Source: Octopus bimaculoides (lineage: Eukaryota). From it: a stretch of DNA of 64,000 bases. The notes beneath the pieces were generated by a model that searched no databases, was not told the DNA's origin, and was given only the letters and a program-made list of their open reading frames with translations. The stretch is taken from assembly GCF_001194135.2 (NCBI RefSeq), contig NC_069006.1, forward strand, positions 6,537,793 to 6,601,792, given 5' to 3'. Positions 10,851 to 24,045 of this stretch are shown one piece after another. Each line of letters begins with the position of its first letter. Position 1 is the stretch's first letter. The translations under genes were made by a program, and so were the position numbers.

Positions 10851-11383
10851 AGCCAAAACTATAAAAATAACATGTGAAATAACTTATTTTCTAGCTCCCT
10901 GATGGAAATATTTTCATTTGCTATGATGTGACTTTCAGTAAAGAAAAAAAGAAAAAATATAAATACAAATAACATTAATACTATCTGATATGATTACATT
11001 ATCAATTTTTAAATTTTCCCCCCACTTCATAATCACTAAGATCAATATATCTCATACACTTACTCTACTTGGCTTTAAAGCCCAGTGTTGGTTTAAGTTT
11101 TGATTTTTTTATTTTCTTTTCTGATCTCGGGCTTTTTTTTTTGGTGTTTCTATGCGTTTCCATGTTCAATTCCTGCAACAGTCACCATACTTGTGAACCT
11201 GATTAACATTTATTCCTCTGCCAACATTACACTGAATTATGTTTCCATTAATCCTTCATACTAATATTAGCAAAAATGTGTCTAACGAGAAAACACCTGC
11301 ACCTTCAACAAAACATATATTGCTATTTGACTTATCAAACTACTAATACTATATATATATATATATATATATNNNNNNNNNNA

Positions 11384-12095
11384 CACATAAATGAAAATAA
11401 CACTGGCATCTCATTTTAACAGATATTTTACCAAAATTACATAAAAATATCTTGAAATACTAAAGAGTAAATTTATTTAATAAAATCGCCATTGGCTTCA
11501 ACCACGGCTTCCACACGACTTTGGAATCTCCAGCAACTCTTCTGGACAGTCTCCTTAAGTTGGTGAATGCTGCCATAATCCTTGCCTTTGGTGTTACAAG
11601 AAATTTTGTTGGTCTTTCGCTCAACTGTGCCCTACACATAATAATGAAGGCGGTTGCAGTCTGGGGAGTTAGGTGGCCAGATGTTAGGGGTGGTGTGATC
11701 GCAGAAATTGTCTGACAGCCATGACTGGGTTCTCCTGCTTGTGTGACATGGTGCAGAGTCCTGTTGCCAGACATAGGGTCTTCCAGCAGCCATCCTCTTG
11801 ACCCCAGGCAGCACTACCTCCCACAGGCACTTGATATAGGCCTCTGTGTTGAGTCTGAGGCTGCATGGGAAGATGAATGGAGGCATAACTTTGTCATCAC
11901 TAGCGATATCTCCAAACACCACAATGTTGACTGGATGTTTGATTTTTATCACTCTCAGTACATGTCCTCAGATTGCACTGTCCTCAGATTGATATCCAAA
12001 TACTCTGAAATGTTTGCATCAGAGCTTCTGGCACAAATACCAAGCAGTACAGCATGTCATTTCCAAATTTCTGGCAGAGTGGGTTATGACGATGA
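11384..12095 (-). mobile_element. maT/DD37D (Bmmar1-like) transposon relic with an internal deletion
   Basis: Contains WQQDSAPCHTS...WPPNSPDCNRLHYYV*G with 37 residues between the D and the third acidic position (D to H here), and ends EAVVEANGDFI. The N-terminal segment EIWK*HAVLLGICARSSDANISEYLDINLRTVQ is fused directly to the middle of the catalytic domain. One end runs into the gap at 11373-11382. Confidence 0.88.
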
Positions 12096-12104
12096 GGGTT
12101 CCTG

Positions 12105-12388
12105 TTGATTCGATCAACAGAACAGCTTGCTTGGGAAATTAATGTGCAAGTGGCTGAGCACTCCACAGACACATGTAACCTTAAAGTAGTTCTCAGGGAG
12201 ATTCAACATGACACAGAATGTGACAAGGCTGGCCCTTTGAATTACAGATCCAACTCATTTTTGCCAGCTGAGTGGACCGGAGTAATGTGAAACAAAGTGT
12301 CTTGCTCAAGGACACAATATGCCAACAGGAATTGAACTCATGACCTTAGAATTGCAAGCTGAATACCCAAACCACGAAGCCAAGTATC
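12105..12388 (-). mobile_element. tRNA-headed SINE, family C
   Basis: Head with GAGTTCAATTCC and a GTGTCCTTGAGCAAGACACTTT core. A second copy lies at about 38997-39295. Confidence 0.8.
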
Positions 12389-12575
12389 ATTAATACAAGT
12401 AACATTAGGTGTAATGTAAGTGGGGTAACTGAAAATGATGGAGACATTAATAGTAGATAAAATTATATAATACATTATAGAAGTCTCATTTACATAGCTT
12501 TATTTAATTCTGTGTTTCACCTGTACATTCCACTGTGAAATTCATGGCCAGCAACAAATAATACCTCTTTACTAG

Positions 12576-12643
12576 ATAAAGTCGACATTAAAATTGAAGT
12601 GGCTCCTCATGAACGTATCTTTACTATTCACCGTCTTTTTCTC
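12576..12643 (+). CDS. Candidate 68-nt internal exon, (D)KVDIKIEVAPHERIFTIHRLFL
   Basis: CCTCTTTACTAG acceptor and CTC|GTAAGC donor, with the frame open from phase 1 to phase 0. It loosely resembles the start of a BTB domain. No partner exons were identified. Confidence 0.3.
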
Positions 12644-13139
12644 GTAAGCTATGATGTAATTCATTAACAGATCATCCCAGTTTGATTTAATCCTTTGTAA
12701 TTGGCAAGGATTAAGCACAATCTACTTGCTGTGGTGGATTAGTCTTCAGAGAGGAGGAGGAGATAGAGTGGAAGGTTACAGTAAGAACAAATAAAACTGT
12801 AATTATAAATGAATGATAATTATAAATATGAAACATTGCTCTCAGAGCATACATATATTTCTTTTTTTCTTTTTGTAAAATTAGAGAAAATTGTAATTAG
12901 TATAAATTGAAAATAATTGATTACAATTTTAGATTCCTTTTCCCATGTTGTGTGACAGCCTAATCAACCTGTTCAAAAAGAGTCTCAACGAATTTCAGAA
13001 GAATGAGTAAATTGGCCCATCATTCTACACTTACACATAGCACTGCCCCCTTCTGGAGCAAAAAGTTAAATATAGAAACAAGTGCTACAATTTTGTGAAT
13101 GATGAATATTCTAAATGGTTAACTCTGGTAAATCTACTA

Positions 13140-13546
13140 TGTAGTAGTAGTAATGGTGGTGGTGGTGGTGTGGGGGAAGGCACTGAAACAGTGTGTCACT
13201 GCATCCACCATTTGTTGGTGATTCCCAACTATTCTTGGTGGATGACAACTTTGCATTTGTCAGGCAACAACCCTCCAAACTATGGCTTTGTTTGGATAGT
13301 TGTTGCTGGTGAGGGTTTTACGAGGCTGGAGTGTAAATCCTATCTCAACTTCTTTTAGTCAGTCACCTTTTATGACTCACAGAGGAAACATTGAGTCTAT
13401 TCTTTGACATGTCGGTCCCTACACAGGACCAAAGCAACATGAAATTAAGTGCTTTGCACAAGAACACAACAAGCTGTGCAGTCCAGGAATCAAACACACA
13501 ATCAGGAAATCGTGAGAGCAATACCCTAACCACTGAGCCACATGCA
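13140..13546 (-). mobile_element. SINE family B copy, inverted relative to the copy at 10431
   Basis: Reverse-complement similarity over ~400 bp to 10431-10850. Confidence 0.75.
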
Positions 13547-14449
13547 TTAAAATCTAGAACTGCAGGTTAAACACTGAAGTTTCGTTCACAACAAAATCAT
13601 TTAAAAATACAGAGGAGGAAGCAGAGAGCCAACTGAACGTATTTTGATATCTTGCTTCCTATCTCATAATGGTCTGGATTCAAAATCCACCAACGATCAG
13701 TTTTGCTATCAATTCTCTGAAATTGGTAAATTATATTTATGTACTGGTAAAGGTAATGGAATGAGTGTGTGTGTATGATAAATTATGATAAATACAACAT
13801 ACAGTTTACATCATTTGTTCCCTGTCTATGTTTCACCCACTGCAGTTATCTGCAAACTCTGCATTAGCTGTTCCAAGTGCAATTGGATGCTGAACCACAA
13901 CACTTTATTGCATTATGTTACATAGATCAAAGGTGTTTATCAAAATTTCTCTTACATTTTGACTCTGTATATCATAGCTAATAATTCTGCTAAGTACTGT
14001 AGTAAACACACCACTGTACTGAAAGTAAAGTTCTACATAGTAAGTTCTAAACTTACTTGTAGTAATTGTACATCTAGCTGTGCACACAAGGTATACTATA
14101 TATATATATATATATATATNNNNNNNNNNNNNNNNNNNNNNNNNNNNNNNNNNNNNNNNNNNNNNNNNNNNNNNNNNNNNNNNNNNNNNNNNNNNNNNNN
14201 NNNNNNNNNNNNNNNNNNNNNNNNNNNNNNNNNNNNNNNNNNNNNNNNNNNNNNNNNNNNNNNNNNNNNNNNNNNNNNNNNNNNNNNNNNNNNNNNNNNN
14301 NNNNNNNNNNNNNNNNNNNNNNNNNNNNNNNNNNNNNNNNNNNNNNNNNNNNNNNNNNNNNNNNNNNNNNNNNNNNNNNNNNNNNNNNNNNNNNNNNNNN
14401 NNNNNNNNNNNNNNNNNNNNNNNNNNNNNNNNNNNNNNNNNNNNNNNNN

Positions 14450-14492
<43 letters not shown>

Positions 14493-14990
14493 GATACATA
14501 AATAAATAAACAGGCAAGCAGATAGATAGATAGATAGACTATTTGGAAATGATCAGACCATGTCGCCTTGCCAACAGAAAAAAATTGCATTGAACTTTCA
14601 AAGATTTTCTTACAAATGTGTAAAACCTTAGAGTTATAATATAGTAGTATAAGGATGAGAGAGATAGAAGACTGTGTTGTTTATGTATCTCTTGATAACA
14701 TTACCAAAGTAGTTACATTTGGCTCACCAAAGAACATAAACTATTGAGCCGCAGCAATAGCCACATATACTAACGAGTTCAGTTCAGAAAACAACAAACA
14801 GCTCTTAAAAAGACTCATGTCTCTCCATTATCTTTGACTGACTTCAATATCCAAATCTAGTTCCATTTATATTCTTAATCTGCCATTTCATTTTGTTTAG
14901 AAGATGTCCACTGTGTTATTGGATAAGCTATTATAAAACATTTCAGCTGGTGAGATCTTGAAATACATTTCTCTCTCCTACAATATATAA

Positions 14991-15036
<46 letters not shown>

Positions 15037-15040
15037 TGTA

Positions 15041-15072
<32 letters not shown>

Positions 15073-15672
15073 GTGTATACATGCATGTGCACACACACAT
15101 GCACACACAAAGAAAGTGAAAGATAGAAGTTTATTATAAAACATTTGAGATGGTGAGGTCTTGAAGTAGCCTTTCTGTGTCTCTCTCTATCTCTGCGTGT
15201 GTATGTATGCATGTGTGTGTGCATATTTATATATACATACATACATACACATGCATACATGCACACACTATTTGTGTGTGTGTACATATACACATATACA
15301 GAGAGAAAGAAAGATGGAGAGTAGTTTCATAGAATTCACTGATATTTCTCACAAGTTGAATACCTTTAGATATTTTTCTTTTTAACGTTTTATTTATGTA
15401 TTTAAGTATTTATTTGTTTTTTATTGATTTGAAAACGTAGGCCCTTGATCGTTATTCAGCCAGACACTGTCCAATTTAAAACATTATTTGATAAATGCAA
15501 AAGATAGAAATAAACTTATCTCAAAATCCGAATATATAATGAAGTCACATCATCACAGAAATATAAAATTCATATTAGTTTCATACCAATGTAAAACAAA
15601 ATCATGAACATCATCATCATCATCATTGTCATTATTGTTATTATCATCATCATCATCATCATCATCATTATT

Positions 15673-16120
15673 AAGGTGGTGTGCTGGTAGAATCATTAGC
15701 AAGCTGGACAAAATGCTTAGCAACTTTTCATCTGTCTTTACATTTTGAGTTCAAATTCTGCTGAAGTCAGCTTCACCTTTCATCCTTTCAGGATCAACAA
15801 AATAAGTACCAGTTGAGCATTGGGGCCGATGTAATTGATTTACCCCCTCCTGCCAAACTTGCCTCCCTTGTGACAAAATTTGAAATCATTATTATTATTA
15901 TGATGGCAGTGAGCTGACAGAATTATAGGCATCATGCGAAAAATGCTTAGCAGCATTTTGTCCATCTTTATGTTCCATGTTCAAATTCTGCTCAAGTTGA
16001 CTTCTCCTTTCATCTTTCTGGGGGTCAATAAAATAAGTACCAGTTGAGCACTGGAGTCAATGAAATTGACTTAACTCCTTTCCCAAAACTGCTGGCCTTG
16101 TGTCAAATTTTGAAATTATT
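15673..16120 (+). mobile_element. Two head-to-tail SINE family D copies (AAGGCGGCGAGCTGGCAGAA-type head, (TTA)n tail)
   Basis: Copies at 15673-15900 and 15903-16120, each with an A-box-like TGG(C/T)AGAAT, a B-box-like GTTCAAATTC and a CCTTTCATCCTTTC...AATAAGTACCAGTTGAGC body. Confidence 0.85.
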
Positions 16121-16129
16121 TATCATTTA

Positions 16130-16625
16130 TGGTTTCTTTTCATTATAACTTTATTTCAGCTGCCTTAGTACCGGAGGCTAAGATTAGCAAGGGTACTTTT
16201 GTTTTGCTATGCATGCTAAAATTTATCACCACATTTATTCCATTTTCGATGGAGAGTGCTTTCTGTAGTATATGGGCTATACCCATCAAGGTTATCTTTT
16301 GTAGTTCACGGAGACTGGAGTTGCCAGGGAGTGAGTGCTCAATATACTTCTCAGCTCCCTTTTTTATCATTCCCAACCCACCAATTATTACTGGTATCAT
16401 TGTAGTACTAAGCTTCCACATTTTTATGATTTCAATTTGCAGATCTTTATAGTGAGAAAGCTTTTCGTATTCCTTTCTTGAGACATTTTGATCTTGTGGG
16501 ACAGACATACCTATTAACAGACAAGTTCCACTGTTGTAGTCCTTCATCACAATGTCTGGTCGACTGGAGTCGATTTCTCTGTCTGTTTGTATTGGGAAGT
16601 TCTAAAGAGTGGTGACACCCTCACC
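16130..16625 (-). mobile_element. R4/Dong-clade non-LTR retrotransposon 3' fragment (restriction-like endonuclease domain)
   Basis: L*NFPIQTDREIDSSRPDIVMKD...SVPQDQNVSRKEYEKLSHYKDLQIEI...IPVIIGGLG...LQKITLMGIAHIL, which carries the RPD and PVxIGxLG motifs of RLE-type LINEs. Confidence 0.85.
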
Positions 16626-16626
16626 A

Positions 16627-16628
<2 letters not shown>

Positions 16629-16693
<65 letters not shown>

Positions 16694-16694
16694 G
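16629..16694. repeat. (TTA)n microsatellite
   Basis: Direct reading. Confidence 0.95.
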
Positions 16695-16755
16695 ATTCAA
16701 TGATGCATCTACAATGTACTTGTGTAAAAAGAAGAAGAAGAATATGTATGATAAT

Positions 16756-17480
16756 CACAAGGGTATAAGCTTGTTGTGCATAGTTGGGAAAAATTCTTGT
16801 GAAGGTGATCCTTAACAACATAGACCCTGAATCCCAATGTGGATTTCAGGCTGGGAGAGGCACAGTTGACATAATTTTTGCCCTCTAACAAATTCGAGAG
16901 AAAGCACGTGAACAAAATACTGACTTGTACATGGTCTTTATTGATTTGATCAAGGCCTTTGATACAGTGAATCGTAAGGTGCTTTGGAAAATTTTATCAA
17001 AAGCTGGACTCCCTAATAAAATAAGGGTGATTGTATCCCTGCATAAAAGGAATGCTGAGAAGAGTGATATCTAGTAGTCAATATTCAGAGGCATTTCTGT
17101 TGCCAAAGGAACCAAACAGGGATGTGTTTTAGCCCCTGTACATTTTGTCCATGTTCTTTTCAATGATGCTCCAAAATGCTTTCAGGGATTACCATGAAGG
17201 CGTAAAATTTCAGTTTCACACAGAAGGGGGCTTACTAAACCTGAAAGGCTAAAGTTTCAGATCAAAGAAAAAGATGAAAGAAGAGATTTGTTTGCTGATG
17301 ATTGTGCTTTGATTTCTCACACATTTGAGGGAATTCAGGAAATGGTCAATAGGTTTGCTATGGCAGCTCATGCATCTGGACTGACTATCAGCTTCAAGAA
17401 GACTGAAGTTTTATTCCAGCCAAGGCCTGGGGCAGGACATACTCAAGATTCAAACGTGATGACAGACAACAAGCCACTCT
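16756..17480 (+). mobile_element. RTE-clade LINE reverse transcriptase fragment, frameshifted
   Basis: KGISLLCIVGK...PESQCGFQAGRGTVDIIFAL*QIREKAREQNTDLYMVFIDLIKAFDTVNR, a GTKQGCVLAP-like segment, and LFADDCAL...GLTISFKKTEVLFQP. Confidence 0.9.
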
Positions 17481-19875
17481 CTTTAACTTTAAAGCCTCTC
17501 CTTCAAAGACTCATACAATGAAATCGATGGGAGTAACCATCCTTATTATTGATGATAATGATAAGGTCAGAATTTTGATAGCAGGAGGAAACAGAAAATT
17601 AAATCCAAGAGTTGACTATAATATTGACCCCCAGAAATATGAAAGGCAAAGTCAACTTTGGTGGGATTTGAACTTAGAATGTAAGGGACCATTATCAAAT
17701 GCAGCAAGACATTTTGTCTGATGATCTAAGGATAAAACAAGAGAAGGGATATATCATGTTCAGCTCTCTTCAAGTAATGTCAGGATTAAAGCTCAGAAAC
17801 CTGAGGTAAGAGATAAAATATTATCATACAGTTAATCAAGAAATACCAACCTCAGTCATTTAATGTTTTCTATGAAAGCAAACTATTTTGTCAGAGGGAG
17901 TACATTATATGTACTTCCCCCCCCCCCCAGATAAATTAATATTATAAATTACATATTATAGTATTATAAAATATATATAAACAAATTACAGTTGTAAATT
18001 ATATTATTATTCAGTGCATATAAAGAAATTTATGTGGAAAATGAAGTATATCAATACTCAGTATTTGGATTATCTTATTGACCCTGGAGGATAAAACATT
18101 CTAAAGTTGACTGTGGCAGCATTTGAACTCCAACTACAAAGTGATCTAACTAATTATTGGTAAGCATTTGATTGATCTACTGATTCTACCAAAGCCCTGT
18201 TTGTTTGTTTGTCTTTTGTTTTGTAATATAAACAAAGCCTAACAGTTTTAATGGAAGCAAAATGCTAAGTTGTGATAGTCATGCCGTCACCAGAAAATTA
18301 TCAATGAAAACAATAACAACAACAATTGTTTTTATATCACTCCACAAAAGAATCTTAAAACTCAGAAGATCTGGATAAAGAAAGTTTGGGATGAAGTCTT
18401 TGATGTGGAAATTTAGGATGAGAAACAGGAATGATAGGGGGAGGAGAAGTGAATGGAATGTGTGTTCTACACATACATCTCCTGACTCTTCTAAACTCAC
18501 ATACACACACACACACAGAGGCACACTGTTTGAACCACATACAGTGACCAACACACTCACACTGACTCTTCTAGTCAGACACACATATTGTTGGATCCAT
18601 ATTCACCGATTAACACATACATTAACTCGCTCATATTGCTGGATCTACATATACCAACACATATACAAACTCTGGTGCTGTGTACTCTTCCTTTTCTTTG
18701 TACATGATTGAAATTTCTAGCCATCATCCAGCTCCACTTACCTCTACTCACAAACCACATACCCACTTTCTTTTATCTCTTATAACTCTCTGATAAAATA
18801 TACAGACTCATCTATCTTCTTTATTACAAGAAAGGACCTCTGTCTTAAATGTTTAAACTTTTTCCGTTTCTTCATGAAAAAATACATTAATTTGTAAATA
18901 TCTTTTATTATTCCTTTACTCTCCACTAAAACTAACCACTTCCAGTTTAGTGGTTTACTCCTGTGTTCTCTTCATAATTGTTAAAAAAAACATTTTATTC
19001 AATGTCAAATTTAGCTTTGTTAATTTTTTTTTTTTTTCTTTTGCTCACTAAATATTTTATCTGTGTCATAAAATTGTTTATCAAATTAAACATATTGTGC
19101 AACCATTTCCTCTTTATTATGTAATCTAGTAAATACAATATAATAAAGACCATCTTAAATATACAAATATACTCATAGGAATGTGACTGTTATTACTAAT
19201 GACATGACAATATCACAGTGTCAACTAGACTATCAGATATTGTTAAACATCGCTGGTCACAATGCACTTCATGTTGTTTTAGCTTTCAAATGACACCATC
19301 CCACTGGCTAGGTGGGGACAAAAATAACATAGACTGCTAACTTAAGCCTAATGACTCAAATTTGGAGGAAAGTGTTTAGAATTGAATACATTGAGCCCCT
19401 GCCCCCTCAATACTTGATTGGTCCCTTTTTGTATATTACCTTTCAGCTCTGGAAGGATGAAAACTCGAGTTGACCTTGGCAGAATTTTGATCTCAGAACA
19501 TGAAGTGATGTAACTAAGTGAAGGGACATAAAATGTGAATAGATATGAGGCATATCACTAATATTTTCTTTTGTAATTGTTTTTACATCAAATTGAAGAA
19601 GGAAGAGAAGGAAAAGAAGATAGAATCAAAGAATAGCCAAGAACTTATTTTGATGGCATAATCATAGTATAAGATCTATTTCCCATGTTTATCAAAACCA
19701 TTTATAGAGATGCAATAAGATTGGGCAATAACAATCATGTATCATGGAGCGATGAACGTATGTTTAGAACAAAGGGATTATGGTTATATATTCTTTCTAA
19801 CAACAGAACAATTCTTTAGTTTATTTAGTTGTTTTATGTGGTTTCAGCCATTAAGGTTTTGACCATTCTTCAGCA

Positions 19876-19913
<38 letters not shown>

Positions 19914-20714
19914 ATGCTGACACAGCGAAAAGAAAGCTAAATGATTATTATTATGCCCATATAATGTAAGAAACCATTTACATAACTGAAATACAAAAAC
20001 AAAGACAAACGTATAACAAAAAGAGGAACATAACAAAGGTGTTGAGACTCAATAAGTTGTGGGTCAAATTATAATGTATAACGAGAATAACATACTTATT
20101 AATGAAAGGCTGTTGTATATAGCCTGATGTTTCTTATGTATCAGGAATCAACCTCAGCTAATAACTCATAAAATTTCTTGCTTAGTTCAGAAGCCCTTCC
20201 TTTGAGCCATTCTATTTTCTTACATGCCCTACTATTAAGGAAGGGGACAGCAAATACCAAATAATTTATTACACTGATTCTTTGAAGTTCGTTAAACTGA
20301 TGTTCTACAAATATCAGTTAATAGAGAAGATGATGGCTTAAAATGTTCTCTTGCAATGAATAATAATGAATTAACTGCTGAAATTTTAATGTAAATGGCC
20401 TAAAATCAACAATTTGATAAACAGACCTGCTACAATAGCTGTTATACTTGTGTCTCTCAAATTGGTGATTATATTGTTTGATATAACAAACATGGATCTC
20501 AAATGAATCCTTCTCAATGTTATCAATAAAACCCTTCTTCCAATCAGTCATTTAAAGAATCTGCTTTTTCTTTAGCTTATTTGTGTTGCTTTAAATCTCC
20601 AATCAGCTTTATCACACATACACACAAAGTTTTAGCTGTTTAATAATTAAGGATATAATATACATTTACATCATTTGTAATTTGCATAATCATAATTCAA
20701 TATTTTGTTCAGGA

Positions 20715-20890
20715 TTGACAGGTTGCAAGGCCCTCAAACAACAGGTGGACATGTGTAGTTGTCAAGTGGCATCCAAGAGATTGGATGAGACAAGTTAGAA
20801 AGCCTCCAAGACGATATAGCCAAAACCTTTGGGCCCAAATACAAGAGAAAAGTATTGTAATAAAGAGAAGAATAGAAGTACATTGAGACA
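20715..20890 (+). mobile_element. RTE-type LINE ORF C-terminal fragment
   Basis: GQVARPSNNRWTCVVVKWHPRDWMRQVRKPPRRY resembles the RTE tail AGHVARxxDxRWTxxxxEWxPRxxKRxRGRPPxRW. Confidence 0.6.
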
Positions 20891-21078
20891 GCTGATCACC
20901 TGGTTGATACAGTGATTTAGCTGTATCTCTGTACATCTTGAGTTCAAATTCTAGTGTGGTATTGAGTCAATTATATAAATCGCAATGCCTTGTACTGATG
21001 TACAAGATTATTATTATGAATTCACAAGTAAAGATTATAGAATTTTTTTAGAGACAAGAATTTTTATCAATTAAGACA

Positions 21079-21157
21079 GTGTCAAGAAAATTAGTGAAGT
21101 CACTAAGGGTTAGGGTTAGGGTTAGGGTTGAACTCTGACTAATCTTTACTGATCACC
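21079..21157. repeat. Short interstitial (TTAGGG)3 array inside an imperfect inverted repeat
   Basis: TAAGGG(TTAGGG)3TT at 21104-21129, preceded by the palindrome TTAGTGA-AG-TCACTAA. The flanks at 21079-21100 and 21133-21157 are loosely complementary. Confidence 0.6.
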
Positions 21158-21959
21158 ACAACAACCAGACAACTTAAAAGGTCAAAACAAAAGTAAGCAA
21201 ACCATTAACGCCTTAAGTATTTCTCCATGTCATAATTAATACAAGAAATTAGTAACAGTGAACTTGTTTAAATTAGTTTCAAGTAATTCTACTTTTTGTT
21301 CAATGTGTTTTATTTGATGTAAAAAATATCACCTTCTTTAATGGCCTCAAAGAAAACATCAATGAAAAGTTGATAAAATATTTTTTGCTACCTCGGGTTA
21401 GTGGTGGAACTTATCTTTCATATTTCTACACAAATTGAATTAGATGTAATTACTTTAAAGGCAATATTTAACTTATCACTTCTCGATCTTAATTGGTTAG
21501 AAGCTTGTCTTTTACTTTAATCTATTAAAACAAAAGCTAAACATTCATTGCTAGGAATCTTCCTTAATTTAATTCTTAAAATTTCTAAGTTGAAAAATGA
21601 AATATTCATTTTTTTAAGTAGAAATTAATGTTTTGGTTTAATAAATTATGTACAATCATTAGTCATACAGAAGTAAATCAATAAACTTGTGTTGTAGTTT
21701 CATGGGTGACATATACACTCTGTAAGATCTGGATGAGAAAAAAAAACAAAAAAACTGTTGTTTCTCTACAAATACCTGCTACTCCTTGCTTACAAATCCA
21801 GAATACTTCTCACTTCTTCCTTTCTCTCTTTCTCTCTCTCTCTCACACACAGACTTTTCTTTCTCACTTGCCTATACACCTACTATCATGAATGTAACCA
21901 CCAGGTTTGGAAACAATGTGTTGGATTAATCAAACTCAAAATACACATTTAATCCACAC

Positions 21960-22150
21960 AGTATTCCCAGCAATTTTAGTTAAACATTATGCTCCCGAGT
22001 TGGTCCATATCTTTATGTCGAGCATTTTTAAGGTAATCAGAAGTATCTTAAGCAATCAACTTCTGGATCATATCAATTCTGTCCATCTTCCCACCAATAA
22101 CATAATGATTTCTGCAAATGTGGACTCACTTGTGATTTTATTTCTGACAA
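21960..22150 (+). mobile_element. Probable Penelope-like RT fragment
   Basis: SNQLLDHINSVHLPTNNIMISANVDSL resembles the PLE motif KNSxxFxxxLxxxxLPxNxxLVSFDVxSL. Confidence 0.5.
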
Positions 22151-23820
22151 AACTCACTTATGTTTATATAATTTCCTTGTGACCCAGCAACTTTACTTCA
22201 AATCAAGCTGTGTTTTTTAAGTGGCATGCCACCTTGTAATACAAGCAAAATCAAATGTCCACAATACATTCAAAAATCTTCTCCAAACAAGATCTTCATG
22301 GTAGTACATGTACATTTGTGTGTGTATGTGTGTGTAAGAGAGACAGACAGACAGACACACAGAGAAAGAGTGCATGTATGTGGTTGCTGAGATAATGTAT
22401 TTCTGACCATAAACTGGCCCAACTACAGCAACTATTTTTGCAGCTATTCAAGATACTATGCTGCATGCTTCTAACTTTCAAGGTTAAAATGAGTTGCATT
22501 CTAACTTCATGAAATATTTGGTTTTAGCAAAGGAATCCGACTATAAACCAATTTTCTCCAAGCATCCAATCACATCACAGAAAATAGATTTGAAAACATG
22601 GAATAAGAAAGAAACAAGCAAAAAAATTTTTGAAAGTTAAGTAAAAAAAATTCCCCCAAACTATTTTTTTTTCCTTATTCATAATCAAGAAGCAGTTTGT
22701 TATATATATGTACATCAAATTTAAAGATAATATCTGAAGCGTTATACAAGAGCATACATAGTTTTTAGACAATAAGTATTGAAAATTAATGTCATAAAAG
22801 CCAGGGTATTTTTTTCTTCTTTTGTTTTCTTTATCAAATACCTGTTGCAAGCAATTATGAAGCATAATGGGATGAACAAGAAACATTACAAAGGCATTAT
22901 CTTTGCCAATTGTTTGAAATTTATGAGAACAAGTGATAAATAACCAAATCAGAAATTCACAGATGTATTTTTCTAAGATTTTAGCTTGTTTGACAAGATT
23001 GCTTTAGTGATATACAACAGAAATTATATTCCGACAAACAATTCTATATTCATAGTTAAATCAATGTTCTTTAAGCTAGTTTCAACATAAATTCACAAGT
23101 CATAGCATAATTTGAAGACTTGAAATAGCAATAATTTTAAATGTTAAATAACATTACTACCACCACTACTACTTTTTTTATACAATTTTATTTGATTTTG
23201 TAAATGAACAATCTGGTGTGGTTATTTTAATGGCCTATCAATGTATACAGCAAATTTCTTTGCCCTAGGTGTCAGGAAGACACTTGATCATAAATGGAAA
23301 CAAAATTGAAGGATGCAGAAAAACTAATAATAATATTAATAATGATAATGTACTTTGTTGATGGAACTTTTCTTAAACAGTTTCTGTCAGCTAAAAACTA
23401 TGAAAATAATTAACGATGTAAATGAATGGGAATTTTTTACAATTTATTCTACTGTTTTCATTGTCTGTTGTTTTGTTTTCATAGCAGTTTTTTTTAATAT
23501 TAGTATTGTTAGTATAGAAGCAAGTATAGCTGGGTGATTAACAAGTTTCCATTAAAACTATCTGATGTGGGGGTCCAAAAATCGTTTGGCCAACATACTG
23601 CATAATGTGTTTTACTGTGTGGTATTTTGAGTGAGTGTGTTCTACTGTAACCTTGGGTTGAGAGAGAAATTTGGTACACCCACCATGTGTGTGCATCTGT
23701 GAATATGTGTGTGTTGATGTCTACCTGAGTAAATTAGTATTTTGAGTTACATCCCTCCACAACCAAAAGCAATCTAATAATTTAATAAATGAGATTGGAG
23801 AAATAAATTTCAGGACAAAC

Positions 23821-24045
23821 TAAATATTAGTTTCAAATTTTGGCACAAGGCCAGCAAGTTCTGGGAAGGGTGTAAATCAATTTTATCGGCCCCGGTCTTA
23901 ATCTGGTAGTTATTTTGCTGACTCCCAAAGGTGCGAAAGTCAAAATCAACCTCAACGAAATTTGAACTCAGAATGGGAAGATGGATGAAATGCTGCTAAG
24001 CATTTTGCTCAGCATAATAACAATTCTGCCAACTTGCTGCCTTAA
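23821..24045 (-). mobile_element. SINE family D, near full length
   Basis: Reverse complement of the 15673-type copy. Confidence 0.85.

Noticed and set aside
14929-15176. Apparent 49-nt exon (RCPLCYWISYYKTFQL) with a GTGAGA donor
   Set aside because: Its 3' part belongs to a short local duplication (14929 and 15132) embedded in microsatellites.
23267-23360. Plus-strand acceptor followed by VSGRHLIINGNKIEGC...VLC*
   Set aside because: It runs into an (AAT)n tract, two frames are equally plausible, and there is no homology.
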